A stretch of 64,000 nt of DNA from Glaucostegus cemiculus (lineage: Eukaryota): positions 1,550,001 to 1,614,000 of the forward strand of contig CDPCPM010000263.1 of assembly GCA_976551045.1 (NCBI GenBank), written 5' to 3'. The notes below the pieces were generated by a model. That model saw nothing but the letters and a program-made list of their open reading frames with translations, searched no databases and was not told the DNA's origin. Of this stretch, positions 61,917-64,000 are shown piece after piece; within the stretch, counting starts at the first letter, position 1, and every line of letters starts with the position of its first letter. Made by a program: the position numbers and the translations under genes.

Positions 61917-63159
61917 ATAAAATAAAAAATAAATGTTTCCAGCTAACAGACTCACAGGTAATATACTACATTTTTATTTTTTATATAACTATTCATAGCC
62001 TTGATAAATAAGTATCTGTGCTATTATATCAATTAAAAACCTGTGAAGGTGGTAATCCTCCATTTCTTTCAATGCTGGGACTTCTTCCTGTAGTTTACTC
62101 TTATTAATTTGCTGGTAATATGTACCTATTAACATTCCTCGAAAACTGTTAAATATCAAATATTATTAGACGGGGAATCGTACAGGTTCTAAATTGTTAA
62201 GTGTGAATTAATTTTGTAGAGTGTGCACATGTTTCAGCCCTAAGGTTCTCCTTGGTTGGAAAGTCATTAATTATGGCTCAGTGATAACATGTAGGAAAAG
62301 CAATTACATGCAATCAATTTGCAGTTGACCCCCATTAAATTTAGGGTATCGTTTATGCCCTCTGCAATGTAAAGATAAGTATCATGAAGTAAATGGTATT
62401 GGCTAATTTGAAAATTATGGGCTACTGCATCTCTAGAGAGCTGTCTCATTAAAAATTCTGCAGTATTCACTCTGACTCCCATCGATATAGAACCATTGCC
62501 TTATGGTGTGCCTTATTACATGGGGATGCTTCCTAGAACATCAGATCTATGCTTAGTATATCTTACCACTTGTGGGGATCACTGGTCTCCCAATTGGTTG
62601 TGGAAGCTCTGTGCAGTGTAACAGGAAGGAAACGCTTTAAACTGGTTTGTTTAAATCACAAAATATCATGTCAGCTACCTGTTCAATCACTTGTCATGAA
62701 AACAACGATTGCATCATAATCAATGGCAATCTGCTTTATGTGTCCATTGTCACCAAAGCCATAATCCACAACTGTCCCCCAGTGCTGTCTACCACTGCCA
62801 ATAACACAATGCCTCATTTATTTCAACTTGAGAGGTGCCTCTAGTAAAATAATTTATGCCATCATTGCCCAATATAAATGAAGGTACAAGTTGCTTGGTA
62901 AATGGGGAGCAAGTTTCTAATTCACAAAAAAAAATTATTATTTAATTTCAGGCTGTTCCATGTATAACACATTTGGGTAAAATCCCATGGACTTGGTGGA
63001 CTGAGAGGGAGAAGGGTTTTTTCTGACAAATCTGCAACACCTTTGTAAAATATAATCTGATCACAGCCACCATCTCTTCATTTTACGTGTGAAAAACCAA
63101 CAAGGTGGATGAATGGTTGTTCCTCCTGTTTTACTGGGAGTTTTAAATGGGGGGGGGGT

Positions 63160-64000
63160 TTCATTAATTAATGGTTTGAAGAAAGGAAGTGAATGTACGG
63201 TAGCCAAATTTGCAGACAACACGAAAATAAGTGGGAAGGAGGATATAAACAGTATACAGAAAAATATTGATAGGTTAGGTGAGTGGGGAAAAAGTTGCCA
63301 AATAGTACATAATGTGGGAAAATATGTTGTTCATTGTGGAAGGGAGAACCAAAGAACAAATGAAGAGAAACTGCTGCAGCACAATATGATGTGGGGTTCT
63401 GGTACATGGAACACAGTAAGCTAAAGAAGGCTAATGCAGTGTTGGTCATTAATTCAAGGCGATGAAGTATAAAAATAAGGAATAGTTCTAGAACATTGCA
63501 AACAATTTTGATTGTCTTATTTAACGAAAGATATTATTATATTGGAGATGATACAGAGGAGGTTCACTTGGATGTTCCCAGGTATTGAGGTTGTCTTATG
63601 TGGAAAAAATAAGCTGGTTAGGACTATACTTATTGGAGTTTAAATGACTCAGAGGCATTCTTATTTAAACACATTAAGCTCTGAAGGAGCTAGACAGGGT
63701 AAATGTGGAGAGGAGGTTTCTTCTCTTGGGAGAAGAATAAGACTAAGGTGAGGAAGAATTTCTTTTCTCAGTGGGGTGAGTTTTTGGAATTCTTTCTTTG
63801 CTACAGAGAGCTGTGGGAACAGATTCCTTGAATGTATTTCAGGCTGAGATGGATAGATTTCTAATCAATGAGGGAATCAGAAGTAATGGGGAAAGTGCAG
63901 AAAAGTAAACTTGAGGAAGATTGGATCAGCCATGATCCTATTGAATGGTGAAGCAGGCTCAAGGGCATGAACGCCTACTCTTGTTCCTTCTTCTTGTTAC
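63160..64000 (+). mobile_element. Decayed CR1 RT and 3' end
   Basis: ECTVAKFADNTKISG..IQKNIDRLGEWGKSCQI; ggatcagccatgatcctattgaatgg 3'UTR. Confidence 0.88.

Noticed and set aside
1-64000. Remaining 60-160 aa ORF-track entries and any prokaryotic-type system (operon, CRISPR, defence locus)
   Set aside because: The ORFs are antisense or alternative frames of TEs or random low-complexity translations; the window is vertebrate non-coding DNA

Overview
This is eukaryotic, AT-rich, largely non-coding DNA. The repeat content indicates a cartilaginous fish, probably a ray or sawfish (inferred from recognised motifs, not from a database search). A large part of the window is made of 5'-truncated or decayed retroelements: CR1/HER1-type LINEs (two young copies with open ORFs), at least five Rex1/Babar LINE families, Penelope-like elements (PLE) and ~130-bp PLE-derived mini-elements carrying hammerhead-ribozyme-like cores, Tx1/L1, L2 and RTE remnants, and V-SINE (HE1-like), Deu-domain and other tRNA-SINEs. 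Several insertions are nested and have visible target-site duplications (TSDs). No multi-exon host gene is recognisable, and nearly all ORF-track entries are TE fragments or noise. The best host-gene signal is a 39-nt frame-preserving candidate neural-type exon at 33624-33662 (+), which would place the window inside large introns. Other highlights are the hammerhead-bearing mini-PLEs, a V-SINE head paired with two different LINE tails, an in-frame internally deleted CR1, and a two-segment locally templated duplication inside a Rex1 copy. TE boundaries are approximate (tens of bp) unless a TSD is given.
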